Assembly (NCBI GenBank): GCA_044221735.1
Contig: JBGAOP010000005.1
Span: 43,608-107,607, forward strand
Length of the DNA: 64,000 bases
Source: Phycisphaerales bacterium
Lineage (GTDB): Bacteria; Planctomycetota; Phycisphaerae; Phycisphaerales; UBA1924
Direction of reading: 5' to 3'
Part shown: piece by piece, positions 44,847 through 54,315 of the stretch
How positions within the stretch are numbered: the first letter of the stretch is position 1
Layout of the letters: the number at the start of each line of letters is the position of its first letter
The notes under the pieces: model-generated
Databases searched by the model: none
Told to the model about the DNA's origin: nothing
Seen by the model: only the letters and a program-made list of their open reading frames with translations
Position numbers and translations under genes: made by a program

Positions 44847-46943
44847 ATGCCCGACCGCTCGAAACTGGAAAAAGTGCTCTCATGCACCTCGCTGCCATCG
44901 CTCCCGATGGTCGGCGTGCAGGTGCTCACGCTCACGCGCGATCCGGACGCGAGCCTCGACCAGATCGCCAAGGTCCTCGAAACGGATCCCGCACTCTCGG
45001 CCAAGGTGCTCAAGACGGTGAACTCCTCGGTGTACGGGCTCAAGTCGCCCTGCACCACCATCCGGCGCGCTCTGAACTTCCTTGGGCTTTCGGCGGTGAA
45101 GTCCATCGTGCTCGGCTTCAGCCTCGTGGAGTCCACGCGCGGGCTCGACGGTGGCGATGGCTTTGACATCAACGAGCACTGGCGGCGTTCCATCTTCGCT
45201 TCCGCCGCGGCCCGCACGATTGCGCAGAAAGTCGGGCGGTGCGATCCGGAGGAGGCGTTCGCGGCCGCGCTGTTCCAGGATCTGGGCGTGCTGGCGATGT
45301 TCACCGCGCTGGGGCCAGAGTACACCCACACGGTCGGTCCGGCGCACGCCGACCACGGGCGCCACGCCGATCTCGAGCGGGCCGCGCTGGGGTTCACGCA
45401 CTGCGAGTGCGGGGCCGCGCTGGCCGCCAAGTGGCGCATGCCCGATCGCTACGTCCAGACGATCCAGCACCACCACGCCCCGGACAGCGCGGACGCGGAC
45501 TGCCGCGATCTGGTGCGAACCGTCGGCCTGGGTGCGATGACGGCCTCGGCGCTGGCCGGCGGGAACGGGGAGAGTCAGCTTCCGACGCTCTTGGCCTGCG
45601 CGAATCAATGGTTCGGGCTGACCGCCGGCGATGTGGCGCAGTTGTTGACGCGCATCGGCCAGGCCGCGGCCGAGCTCGGTCGGCTCTTCGGCAAGCCCGT
45701 CGGGCAGGTCCCCGAGGCCGCCGCGCTGATGCGGCAGGCCAGCGAGGAGCTCGTGAACCAGCAGATCGCGGCGATGCGGGAGACCGAGACGCTGCGGGAG
45801 AGGAACGAGGCGCTGGTCCGTCAGACCGTGACCGATGCGCTCACGGGCATCGGCAACCGCAAGCGGTTCCAGGACGAGATGGGCCGCCTGTTCGAGGAAT
45901 CACGGTCGATCGGACGCTCGCTCGCGCTGGTGATGTGCGACGGCGACAAGTTCAAGTCGGTCAACGACACGCACGGACACCACGTCGGCGACGCGGTGCT
46001 CAAGGAACTCGCGTCGCGCATCTCGCGTGCGGGCGGCGCCTCGGCGATCGTGTGCCGGTATGGCGGCGAGGAGTTCGCCATGCTGCTGCCCGGCGTGCAC
46101 GTGGCCGAGGCCGTGGCCATCGCGGAGGGCGCGCGCTCGGCGGTGCAGACTCCCGCGTTCGATCTGTCGCAGACGCCCGGCGCTCCGGCGACGCTGCCGA
46201 TCACCATCAGCCTCGGCGTGGCCTGCATGGACCCCGCGGGCGGCTGCTCGTTTTCGAGCATCGAGGCGTTGATCGAGGCGGCCGACAAGGCCCTCTACTC
46301 GGCCAAGCACTCGGGACGCAATCGTGTGTGCACCGACCCCGCCTCCGCGGCCGTCCACGTCGCCGCACCGGCGGCGCCCGCTCCACGCGTGCAGCCGTCG
46401 GTTGATCCCGCGCCGGCGGTCGAGCAAACCAAGTCGCACCAGCCAACCCCGGAAGTCGCCGGACACCAGCCCGTCGCTGGCGGAGCGACGGCCCAGGCGG
46501 GGCACGCCGGGCGCGGTCGGCCGGCGCCCGCGGGCCCGGTGCGGGTACTGCTCATCGAGGACGATCCGCTCGCGGCGCGCATGATCATGGCCGTGATGCA
46601 GAAGGGCGGGGGTTTCGAGGTGGAATGGGTGAAATCCACCCAGGTCGCGTCGCAGCGGCTGGCCGAGGCCGCGGCCAATCCCGGCCGGGCTCTTGCGGCA
46701 ATCGTCTCGGACCTGAATGTCGCCGGCGGAACCGCGCTGGATATCGCGGCCATGCTGCGGCTGCGACCCGCCACCGCCCGGTTGCCCATGGTGGTGGTGA
46801 GCGCCAGCGATGAACCGAAGGCCCGCCACCTGTGCCTGCAGGCCGGCATCGCCGATTTCATCTCAAAGGACCAGTTGATCCAGGAACTGCCCGGGTGGAT
46901 CACGCGGATGGTCACGCACTGCGCGCATTCGCGTGCGGCCTAG
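44847..46943 (+). CDS. HDOD domain - GGDEF diguanylate cyclase - receiver (REC) domain signalling protein
   Basis: HDOD 'LPSLPMVGVQVLTLTRDP...LSAKVLKTVNSSVYG'. GGDEF 'DALTGIGNRKRF...RYGGEEFAML' including an 'RSIG' I-site-like region. C-terminal REC 'VLLIEDDPL...IVSDLNV...FISKD'. Confidence 0.88.
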   Translation: MPDRSKLEKVLSCTSLPSLPMVGVQVLTLTRDPDASLDQIAKVLETDPALSAKVLKTVNSSVYGLKSPCTTIRRALNFLGLSAVKSIVLGFSLVESTRGLDGGDGFDINEHWRRSIFASAAARTIAQKVGRCDPEEAFAAALFQDLGVLAMFTALGPEYTHTVGPAHADHGRHADLERAALGFTHCECGAALAAKWRMPDRYVQTIQHHHAPDSADADCRDLVRTVGLGAMTASALAGGNGESQLPTLLACANQWFGLTAGDVAQLLTRIGQAAAELGRLFGKPVGQVPEAAALMRQASEELVNQQIAAMRETETLRERNEALVRQTVTDALTGIGNRKRFQDEMGRLFEESRSIGRSLALVMCDGDKFKSVNDTHGHHVGDAVLKELASRISRAGGASAIVCRYGGEEFAMLLPGVHVAEAVAIAEGARSAVQTPAFDLSQTPGAPATLPITISLGVACMDPAGGCSFSSIEALIEAADKALYSAKHSGRNRVCTDPASAAVHVAAPAAPAPRVQPSVDPAPAVEQTKSHQPTPEVAGHQPVAGGATAQAGHAGRGRPAPAGPVRVLLIEDDPLAARMIMAVMQKGGGFEVEWVKSTQVASQRLAEAAANPGRALAAIVSDLNVAGGTALDIAAMLRLRPATARLPMVVVSASDEPKARHLCLQAGIADFISKDQLIQELPGWITRMVTHCAHSRAA

Positions 46944-46975
46944 GTACCCTTTGGGCAGTTTCGTTGGAGAATGCG

Positions 46976-49207
46976 ATGCCGTCTGTTGCTGTGCTCGCCG
47001 CGGTCCAAGCCCTGAACGGAGCCGTTGGCTCGGGCGGCGATCCGCTCGCGGTCCTGCGCTACTACCCCATGCAGGAGCCCATCGGCATCACGCAGGTGTA
47101 CGACGCGATGACGGGCGTCGCTGCGGGCGACTGGGTCGGTCCGGTGCGGCTTCGTGGCACGTACGGCCCCGCCGAGAACGACTCGCCCTCGTACGCGGTG
47201 GTGTTCTCACCCAACGGTCCCGCCCACTATGGAACGCTCAATGCCGGTCCGCAGGCGATGGCCGCGCTCGCGGGGCGCGGCCTGTTTGTCTGCGTGGCGA
47301 TCAAGCATGTGTCGAACGCCGACCGCGACACCATCCTCTCGTGCAGCGATCCGAGCGGGCAGGCGGGCTTTCGTATCGCGCTCAACCAAGGGAACATCGG
47401 CGAGTACAACAGCGGGGCCGAGAGCGCGATGTTCGGCTCGGCGCCGCCGGGCGCAAACGCCGGCTGCATCGGCATGTATGCCAAGGGCGATCTGCTGCTG
47501 GACAACCAATGGCACCTGCACATGTGGTACATGCGGGCTCCGGGCACGGTCAAGCACTGGATCGATGGGGTTCCCAAGCCGCTCTTCACCTCCGTGTTCG
47601 GTGATCAGAGCCCCTATCCGACGGCCGGGGCGCAGATGGTCGCGGGGGCGACGACGTTTGGCTACTACATCGATGCAACGCCCCAGAGCATGTACAACGG
47701 CGCGATGTCGGACCTCATCCTGATCGAGGGCGAGCCGACCCAGACCCAGCTGCGCGATCTGTGCCGGGCCATGTTTTACACGGTGCGCGGCATCCCCGGG
47801 GTGATCGCCCACTATCGGCCGGGTCCCGGCGGTGCGTTTGCGGACGTTGGGATGACCATTCCCGCGGTCGAGGGCGGCCCCATTCGTGCGCTCAAGGATC
47901 TCTCCGGCCACCACAATGATGCGAAGAACAACATCGCCAACAACGTTCCCACGCTCGAGCGATCCATAAACGGTGGGCGATGGACCGCCAGCTTCGACAA
48001 CTTCACCTCAAACTACAGCGAGTGGAATCCGCAGGGAGAGTGCCGCCAGCAGAGTTTGTCCGTGACGCCCTCCGCGGCGTCGAGGCTCGTCCAGACGCAC
48101 ATGGGCTGCCTGGTGAGCGCCCGGACGCTCGCGTCGTCGTGCTTCGCCAAGGAACAGGTTGTCGTCGGATTCACGACCGAGTTGGGCATCGAGTACAACG
48201 CGCTGGAGATTCGCAACGACGAGCCCTGCGTCGAGCGGGCCAACGGGTTCATCTTCGGCATGGACATTCCGAAGGTGCGGTGCCTGCCGGGGCTCGGCGT
48301 GTTCGGATTTACCTCAGGACTCCGAGGCGATCCCAGCGTCGGCGATGCCATGTTCGTGAACAACCGCTGGCAATCGCCGGCCACCTCCGCCTTCAATACC
48401 GGCACGGACGCCAGCCAGTACATCGAGCAGTGGAATCTCGCCCATCGGCCGGGACAGTACTACCCCGGGGGCGGGCAGCGAATGTGGTCCGGCTGGATCG
48501 ACGAGGTGATCATCACCAAGTGTCCTTATTTGCCCGAGGAAAGCGCGGCCTATGTCGCTCGCTCGTTCGCCGAAGCCGGCGAGCCGCTCAATCCGAAATA
48601 CCACGTGTGCGTCGTGGGCGACTCCATCGCGTCGGGCAATCGGAGTCTCAAGAGCCAAACCATGCTCGGCGGGGCGCTGCCGCTCGACGCGAGGCGATAC
48701 GCGTCGTTCACCAACGCGAGCATCGGTGGATTCCGCGTTCGCAGTTCCGCCGGGGCGTCGGTCTCGATGACCAGCCGAGGGCTGGACTCGCCCAAGTGGT
48801 GGGACCCCGGGGCTCGCAACGTCGCCGCCGTGGAGCTGGTCGTGAACGACGCCCTCGACAACGACGATCAGGCCACCTTCGCCGCCGACATCGACGCGCT
48901 GGTGCCGCAGCTTCGCGCGGGGGGAGCGAACGTCGTTGTGTGGAACGAAGAGACCAACAACTCGGCAGGTCCGGGCGACACGCCGCGAAACCTCGCGATC
49001 CGCAGCAGGCTCGAGACCGGCGCGATCAACCGAATCGTGACGCTCACGCCCATGCCGTGGAGCGGCTACGCGGCCGACGGCCTGCACCTCTTGCCCCCGG
49101 GACAGGCCATCTGGGCCGGGGATTGGTGGACGCAGGGCTTGGTGCCGTTCGTGCGACCGGGACTGCCCGACCCCACGCGATCCAAGCGCGACGTCGGCGA
49201 TCGATGA
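46976..49207 (+). CDS. two LamG/concanavalin-like lectin domains fused to an SGNH/GDSL hydrolase; no obvious signal peptide
   Basis: ATG at 46976. LamG-type ends 'WHLHMWYMRAPGTVKHWIDGV...GAMSDLILIEG' and 'WSGWIDEVIITK'. SGNH blocks 'VVGDSIASGN', 'LVVNDAL' and 'ADGLHL'. Confidence 0.7.
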   Translation: MPSVAVLAAVQALNGAVGSGGDPLAVLRYYPMQEPIGITQVYDAMTGVAAGDWVGPVRLRGTYGPAENDSPSYAVVFSPNGPAHYGTLNAGPQAMAALAGRGLFVCVAIKHVSNADRDTILSCSDPSGQAGFRIALNQGNIGEYNSGAESAMFGSAPPGANAGCIGMYAKGDLLLDNQWHLHMWYMRAPGTVKHWIDGVPKPLFTSVFGDQSPYPTAGAQMVAGATTFGYYIDATPQSMYNGAMSDLILIEGEPTQTQLRDLCRAMFYTVRGIPGVIAHYRPGPGGAFADVGMTIPAVEGGPIRALKDLSGHHNDAKNNIANNVPTLERSINGGRWTASFDNFTSNYSEWNPQGECRQQSLSVTPSAASRLVQTHMGCLVSARTLASSCFAKEQVVVGFTTELGIEYNALEIRNDEPCVERANGFIFGMDIPKVRCLPGLGVFGFTSGLRGDPSVGDAMFVNNRWQSPATSAFNTGTDASQYIEQWNLAHRPGQYYPGGGQRMWSGWIDEVIITKCPYLPEESAAYVARSFAEAGEPLNPKYHVCVVGDSIASGNRSLKSQTMLGGALPLDARRYASFTNASIGGFRVRSSAGASVSMTSRGLDSPKWWDPGARNVAAVELVVNDALDNDDQATFAADIDALVPQLRAGGANVVVWNEETNNSAGPGDTPRNLAIRSRLETGAINRIVTLTPMPWSGYAADGLHLLPPGQAIWAGDWWTQGLVPFVRPGLPDPTRSKRDVGDR

Positions 49208-49253
49208 CCGCCGCGTCCCGCGACGGCGAGCCCGTGCGCGGGTACGCTCGCCC

Positions 49254-50363
49254 ATGCACATCACCACACTCATCGTGCCGCTCGTGCTGACCGTCACCGG
49301 CGCACCGCCGGAGGCGCCCGCGGATGTCGCGGCGGGTCCGGAGACGGGCGTGTCGAAGGATCGCATCGCCGACACGATCCGGGCGCTGCCGACGAAGCGT
49401 TCGAGTTGGGGCGATGAGGCGCACGCCAAGGGCTTGCGGAAGACCGAGCAGATGCTCGCCGAGCGCCTGAAGGAACTCGGCTACACGCCCACGCTCGATC
49501 CGATCGACTTCATCGGCCACCGCGTCCACGACCACGAGGAGGCCGCCGAGAAGCCCTACAACAACATCATCATCGACCTGCCGGGCACCTCCGCCAAAGA
49601 CACCGTGCTCGTGCTCTCGGCCCACATGGACGCCGTGCCCGCCGCTCCGGGCGCCGATGACGACGGCTCGGGCGTGGCCGTGCTGCTCGAGGCCGCGCGG
49701 TTGCTGAAGGACAAGCCCATGCAGCGGTCGGTGCGGCTGATCCTGTTCAACCTTGAGGAGAACGGCCTCGTCGGCTCGCGGGCCTACACGCTGCGCATCA
49801 AGCCGCACCTAGACGCCGGCAAAGAGAAGATCGTCGGCATGATCTCGATGGACATGCTCGGGTTCTACTCCGACGCGGAGGGCAGCCAGAAGAGCCCGAT
49901 CCAGTCAATCGGTGCGTTCAAGTCTCCGACCGTCGGCGATTTCGTGGGCATGGCGGGGATCCTGCGCTTTCGACCCTTCAGCCAGGCGCTCGACAAGGCC
50001 ATGAAGGCGGGCGAGCCGCGCCTGAAGACGGTGGTGGTGGACTTCCTGCCCATCGCCCCGCCGGACATGCTCCGCTCCGACCACGCGCCGTTCATCGGCA
50101 TCGGCGTGCCCGCGGTGATCCTGTCCGATACCGCGAACTTTCGCAACCCCAACTACCACAAGGCCGGTGACACTTTCGAGACGCTCGATCTGGATCGCCT
50201 CACCATCGCCGCACGCGGCGTGATCGGCGGTGTGTACCGCCTCGCCGGGCCCCCGGGAACGGACCTCATCGATATCGCCCCACTCGGCCCCGCCCCCGCG
50301 CCGGCAAGCGAGCCCAAGAAGGAACCCACGGCCGAGCCGGCGACGGCTCCGAAGCAGCCCTGA
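49254..50363 (+). CDS. M28 family metallopeptidase (aminopeptidase-like), secreted
   Basis: Signal-like N-terminus. 'LSAHMDAVP...GADDDGSGVAVLLE', 'FNLEENGLVGS', 'SDHAPF'. Confidence 0.85.
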   Translation: MHITTLIVPLVLTVTGAPPEAPADVAAGPETGVSKDRIADTIRALPTKRSSWGDEAHAKGLRKTEQMLAERLKELGYTPTLDPIDFIGHRVHDHEEAAEKPYNNIIIDLPGTSAKDTVLVLSAHMDAVPAAPGADDDGSGVAVLLEAARLLKDKPMQRSVRLILFNLEENGLVGSRAYTLRIKPHLDAGKEKIVGMISMDMLGFYSDAEGSQKSPIQSIGAFKSPTVGDFVGMAGILRFRPFSQALDKAMKAGEPRLKTVVVDFLPIAPPDMLRSDHAPFIGIGVPAVILSDTANFRNPNYHKAGDTFETLDLDRLTIAARGVIGGVYRLAGPPGTDLIDIAPLGPAPAPASEPKKEPTAEPATAPKQP

Positions 50364-50393
50364 GACCGCTTTGGCCAAACAACGCCAATTGAA

Positions 50394-50421
50394 AAGGCCC
50401 CGGACAGATGTCCGGGGCCTT
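50394..50421. terminator. bidirectional terminator hairpin between convergent genes
   Basis: aaggccccgga-cagatg-tccggggcctt, flanked by gaaaa on the left and ttggtgtt on the right. Confidence 0.7.
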
Positions 50422-50447
50422 GGTGTTGATGCGTGGAGCGGGCGGGC

Positions 50448-53400
50448 TTAGTTGCAGCCGCCGGCGAACCAGGAGTTGAGGAAGTCGAAGATGTTCTGGA
50501 CCGCGAGGGTGCCGGTAGCGCCGTCGCCGCCGACGATCGCCGCCTTCTTGCCGGCGAACCAGTCGTTGAGGAAGTCGAAGATGTCCTGCACTTCAAGCTG
50601 CGTGTTGTGGTTGTAGTTGGCGTAGCAGCAGGGGCTGGTGATGTTGCCCAGCGTGCCGGGGACCGTCACCGGCGTGTTGCAGACCGTGGAGGTAGCGACG
50701 AACTTGGCCTGAGCGCCGACCGCGACGGTGTCGAGGGCGGCCGAGCAGGCCGCGGCATCGGCGAAGCCGGTGGCGCAGGTAGAGCCGCGGCAGCACACGC
50801 CCGAGGGCTGCGGGCAGGTGTTGGGGGTGCAGGTGCCGTTGACGACCAGGGTGCCCGTGGCGCAGGTCGCGCTGGGGTTGCCCGGGGTGGCGACGGTGCA
50901 GCTGCCGTTGGTCTGGCAGCAGACGCCAACCTGGTTGCAGGGGTTGGGCGTGCAGGTGCCGCCGGTGGTCCAGGTGCCGCCCGTGCAGGCGGACTGGATG
51001 ACGGTGGTGCACGTGGTGCCCACGCAGCAGACGCCGGTCGGGAAGAAGGTCGTGTTGACCGTGTTCCAGCCGCCGCCCGGGGTGAGACCGTACTGGGCGA
51101 TCATGACCTTGATCGTGGTGCCCGCGGTGGGGATGTTGACGTTGACGTCATACGGCTCGGGATCATCGAAGCAGCCGATCGACGTCAGCGCGTTGCAGGT
51201 GCCGGTGAAGATGGCCATGATCATGTCGTAGGTGCCGTAGTTGTCGACCTTGATGTTGAGGGTACCGGCGGCGGGGGCCGTGAAGGTGTACCAGATGGAG
51301 TTCTGGGCGCCGCCCGCGGTCTGATCGTTGCAGGTGCCGATCGGGAGGCCCTCGTTGGCCGCGCCCTCGGAGCCGACGTTGTTGGTGTAGGTGGGCGAGG
51401 TGATGGTGGCCGCGTTGGCGCAGTCATCGTTGACGGGCGTCTGCGTGAGGCAGGTGGGCGACGCGCAGGTCGTGTCGGCGCCGTTCCAGGTTCCGGTCAC
51501 GCCGGTGCAGAAGGACTGAAGCGTGACGAAGCACGTGCCGCTGCCGGGGAAGCAGCACGAGCCCGGGGGGCACTGCGTGGCCGGGGCCGCGCAGGTGCTG
51601 TTGACGCCGCCGTAGACGGCGGGGGAGGGGCAGCCCGCGGCGGAGGTGACGACGAAGCAGACAGCGCCGATGTCGCAGCAGGCGCCCGTGCCGGCGGGCT
51701 GGGTGACGACGATCGAGAAGGTGCTGTTATCGCCGGGGAAGCCGCCGGCGCGGATCAGGTAGGTCGTGCCGCTGACGAGCGAGTCGAGCAGTTCCGTGGT
51801 GACGCCGTTGGCCGCGCGGCCGACGCAGTCAAGATCGGTATCAACCGCCGGATCGCAGGCGCCGGTGAACAGGGCGATGGCGACGCCCCAGTCGCTGGGC
51901 GTGGCCGGGGTGACGGTGATGGAGTAGTTGCCGGTAACGGCCGGGGTGAAGTTGTACCAGACGTCAACCGTGGAGCCCGAGCAGCTCGTCAGGTCCGTGC
52001 CGGTGGCCGTGCCGATGTGGCCGGTGACCGCTGTGCCCACCGTGAGGGCGGTGCCGGGGCAAGCGTCGTTGGGCGGAGCCGTGCAGATGCCCTGCGTGGT
52101 GCAGGTGGAGCCCAGGTTCATGAACGTGCCGGTGCAGCCGGCCGCGGTCGTCTGGGTGCAGGCGAAGTTGGTCGTGTCGCAGCAAGCACCGACGCACGGC
52201 GGGGTGGTTGCCGAGCAGGTCGTGCCGTCACCCTGGTAGCCCGCCGCGGGGCAGCTCGCCGTGCCGCTGGGGCCGGTGATGAAGCAGGACGGACCGCTGC
52301 AGCACGCGCCGCTCGGGCACGGATTCGTCGGCGTGCAGACGGTCAGACCGCCGGGAGCCGGCGTGTTGAAGCCCGCCGGGGCGCCGGTGTAGACGCACTG
52401 GCCGATGTTGTTGGAGATCACGCAGCCGCCATTGCTGGGGTTGCAGCAGGCGATGGTGGTCACCGTGTCGGCGCGGATGCTGAACTTGGTCGTCGCCGGG
52501 CTGAAGTAAGCGACGCGGACGTAGTAGGACGTGCTGCCCGTGCTGGTGAAGATCGCGGTGCGCGGGTTGGTGAAGTCGGTGCAGACCAGTTCGCTGCCGC
52601 CCGCCGCGGGGCAGAAGCCGTCATACACGGACACGGCCAGGGACTGCATGGTGAAGTCGCCGGCGCTGGCCTCCGGGGTCGCGGTGATCTGGTACTGAAC
52701 GCCGGTCGTGGCCGGGGTCGTGAGCAGGTACCACACGTCGGTGGTGGTGAAGCTGCAGGGCGTGACGACCGTCTGCGTGGCCGACACAAGAACCTGGCCC
52801 GTCAGCGTCGCGCCGCCGGGGGTGATCGTGAAGGCGGTGAGGTCGCCCGAGCACTCGTCGTTGGCCGGGGCCGGGAGCTGCGAACAGGTGATACCGGTGC
52901 ATGTCGTGCCCGTCTGGAGCACCTGGGTGCCCGGGCACGTGGTCGCGCCCGCGATCACGGTGCACACGCCGGTGGTGTTGTTGCAGCAGACGATCGTGTT
53001 GCAGGGGTCGCCGGTGCAGGTCGTGAGGCCCGTCAGTGCGGTGCCGCCGGACTTGGCGCAGTTGGCCGCGCCGTCCGCCACGAAGCAGACCGCCGCGGCG
53101 GTGCCGGGCACGCAGCAGGCGATGGGGGTGGTCGCCGCGACCGGGTGGCCGAGGACCTTGATGTAGTACGAACCGTTGTTGGGCGAGGCGAGGCCGAAGG
53201 GGCCGCGCTCAACGGGGGTGAGGTCGGTGTCGTACCGCCAGTAGTAGTTGAAGCTGGTGTCGGGGCCCGTGCCGGCGCGCCAGCCGAGCATCACGGTGGG
53301 GCCCGTGGCGACGTCCTGGTCGGAGATGCCGATGGCGAAGGAGCCGCCGCCGGCGTTGAGGTACGCGAAGCCCATATTCAGCGGGACGTTCTCCATGCCC

Positions 53401-53975
53401 GCGATCGGATTCACGCCGTCGCCGACGGTGAGAACGGTGAACACGCTCGCGCCCGTGGGGTTGGCGAGGGTCGGCACCGTGCCGACGAGCACGGGCGGGG
53501 TGTCGATCTCGTTGGTGCCCCACGTCGCGGGGTTGATGTCCAGGGGGGTCCACCAGATCTTGACGTTGCCCGCGAGGGCGCCGGCCTTGATGTGAACGCC
53601 GACCTGCACCTGGCAGACGCTGATCATCTGGGTCGTGATGCCGCCGACCTGCAGACGCGTGCCGGGGATGTTCACGTCGTCCATGAGCACGTCGCCCTGA
53701 ACGCCGGTGCCGCTCACGCCGCCAAGGCCGGAAGCGACGGTAAAGGTGCCGAGGGTGGTGCGGTCATAGAGCGTGGTGCCGCCGCGCGGCTGGAACGGGC
53801 CGGGCAGTACGGGCGGCGCGATCATGCGCATCGGGCCGACCAACGGAAGCTGATACTCGGCGGATGTCGCATCCACGGTCTGCGCGCTGGCCACGGCCGC
53901 GAGCGAAAGGCCGGCCGTGATGGCCGCGCCAGCGATCGCTCGGCGACACTGTGCACCGGAACGGAAAACGCTCAT
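50448..53975 (-). CDS. giant secreted Cys-rich mosaic protein, paralog A (N-domain + 10 six-Cys 'CC' modules + 3 'NDxC...DVWY' beta-sandwich-like domains + GC-terminated dockerin-like tag)
   Basis: ATG at 53975 preceded by GAGGAGG (cagaggaggtttcgaATG). Signal peptide MSVFRSGAQCRRAIAGAAITAGLSLAAVASAQ. C-terminus '...LEVQDIFDFLNDWFAGKKAAIVGGDGATGTLAVQNIFDFLNSWFAGGCN*'. The antisense 1257-aa ORF is a shadow. Confidence 0.85.
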   Translation of the reverse strand: MSVFRSGAQCRRAIAGAAITAGLSLAAVASAQTVDATSAEYQLPLVGPMRMIAPPVLPGPFQPRGGTTLYDRTTLGTFTVASGLGGVSGTGVQGDVLMDDVNIPGTRLQVGGITTQMISVCQVQVGVHIKAGALAGNVKIWWTPLDINPATWGTNEIDTPPVLVGTVPTLANPTGASVFTVLTVGDGVNPIAGMENVPLNMGFAYLNAGGGSFAIGISDQDVATGPTVMLGWRAGTGPDTSFNYYWRYDTDLTPVERGPFGLASPNNGSYYIKVLGHPVAATTPIACCVPGTAAAVCFVADGAANCAKSGGTALTGLTTCTGDPCNTIVCCNNTTGVCTVIAGATTCPGTQVLQTGTTCTGITCSQLPAPANDECSGDLTAFTITPGGATLTGQVLVSATQTVVTPCSFTTTDVWYLLTTPATTGVQYQITATPEASAGDFTMQSLAVSVYDGFCPAAGGSELVCTDFTNPRTAIFTSTGSTSYYVRVAYFSPATTKFSIRADTVTTIACCNPSNGGCVISNNIGQCVYTGAPAGFNTPAPGGLTVCTPTNPCPSGACCSGPSCFITGPSGTASCPAAGYQGDGTTCSATTPPCVGACCDTTNFACTQTTAAGCTGTFMNLGSTCTTQGICTAPPNDACPGTALTVGTAVTGHIGTATGTDLTSCSGSTVDVWYNFTPAVTGNYSITVTPATPSDWGVAIALFTGACDPAVDTDLDCVGRAANGVTTELLDSLVSGTTYLIRAGGFPGDNSTFSIVVTQPAGTGACCDIGAVCFVVTSAAGCPSPAVYGGVNSTCAAPATQCPPGSCCFPGSGTCFVTLQSFCTGVTGTWNGADTTCASPTCLTQTPVNDDCANAATITSPTYTNNVGSEGAANEGLPIGTCNDQTAGGAQNSIWYTFTAPAAGTLNIKVDNYGTYDMIMAIFTGTCNALTSIGCFDDPEPYDVNVNIPTAGTTIKVMIAQYGLTPGGGWNTVNTTFFPTGVCCVGTTCTTVIQSACTGGTWTTGGTCTPNPCNQVGVCCQTNGSCTVATPGNPSATCATGTLVVNGTCTPNTCPQPSGVCCRGSTCATGFADAAACSAALDTVAVGAQAKFVATSTVCNTPVTVPGTLGNITSPCCYANYNHNTQLEVQDIFDFLNDWFAGKKAAIVGGDGATGTLAVQNIFDFLNSWFAGGCN

Positions 53976-54257
53976 TCGAAACCTCCTCTGTGCGCGCCAT
54001 CTTGGGTCGCGCAAATGAATGCCCGGCGTGAACGGGCACGCTGCTGCGCTCTTCCCGACTCGGATTCGAGCGGTTCACCAGCGGCGCCACAAGCGCCGAG
54101 AGCGCATCGCCCAATGTACTTCGAGTTCGCAGGAATCCAACATGGGCGCGCGGAATCGAGCACGCGAGACAAAAGGTGCGCGAAAACCCTTCAGTGTTTT
54201 TACTGACATTGATTCGTGGCGCGGGAAAATCAACAGGGAAATCCCGCAAACACAACG

Positions 54258-54287
54258 AAAAACCCCCGTCATGAGACGGGGGTTTTT
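54258..54287. terminator. bidirectional rho-independent terminator downstream of paralog B
   Basis: aaaaacccccgtc-atga-gacgggggttttt: a 9-bp G/C-rich stem flanked by an A-run and a T-run, 29 nt after the stop of the 54316..57750 gene. Confidence 0.75.
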
Positions 54288-54315
54288 GTTGAGAGGGTTT
54301 TCCAGTATGTTTCGA

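Noticed and set aside
46976-49207. LamG-LamG-SGNH protein considered as a prophage tail-fibre/tailspike remnant
   Set aside because: No other phage-like genes (capsid, terminase, integrase, tail) or att-like repeats are nearby. GC content and codon style match the surrounding genes.
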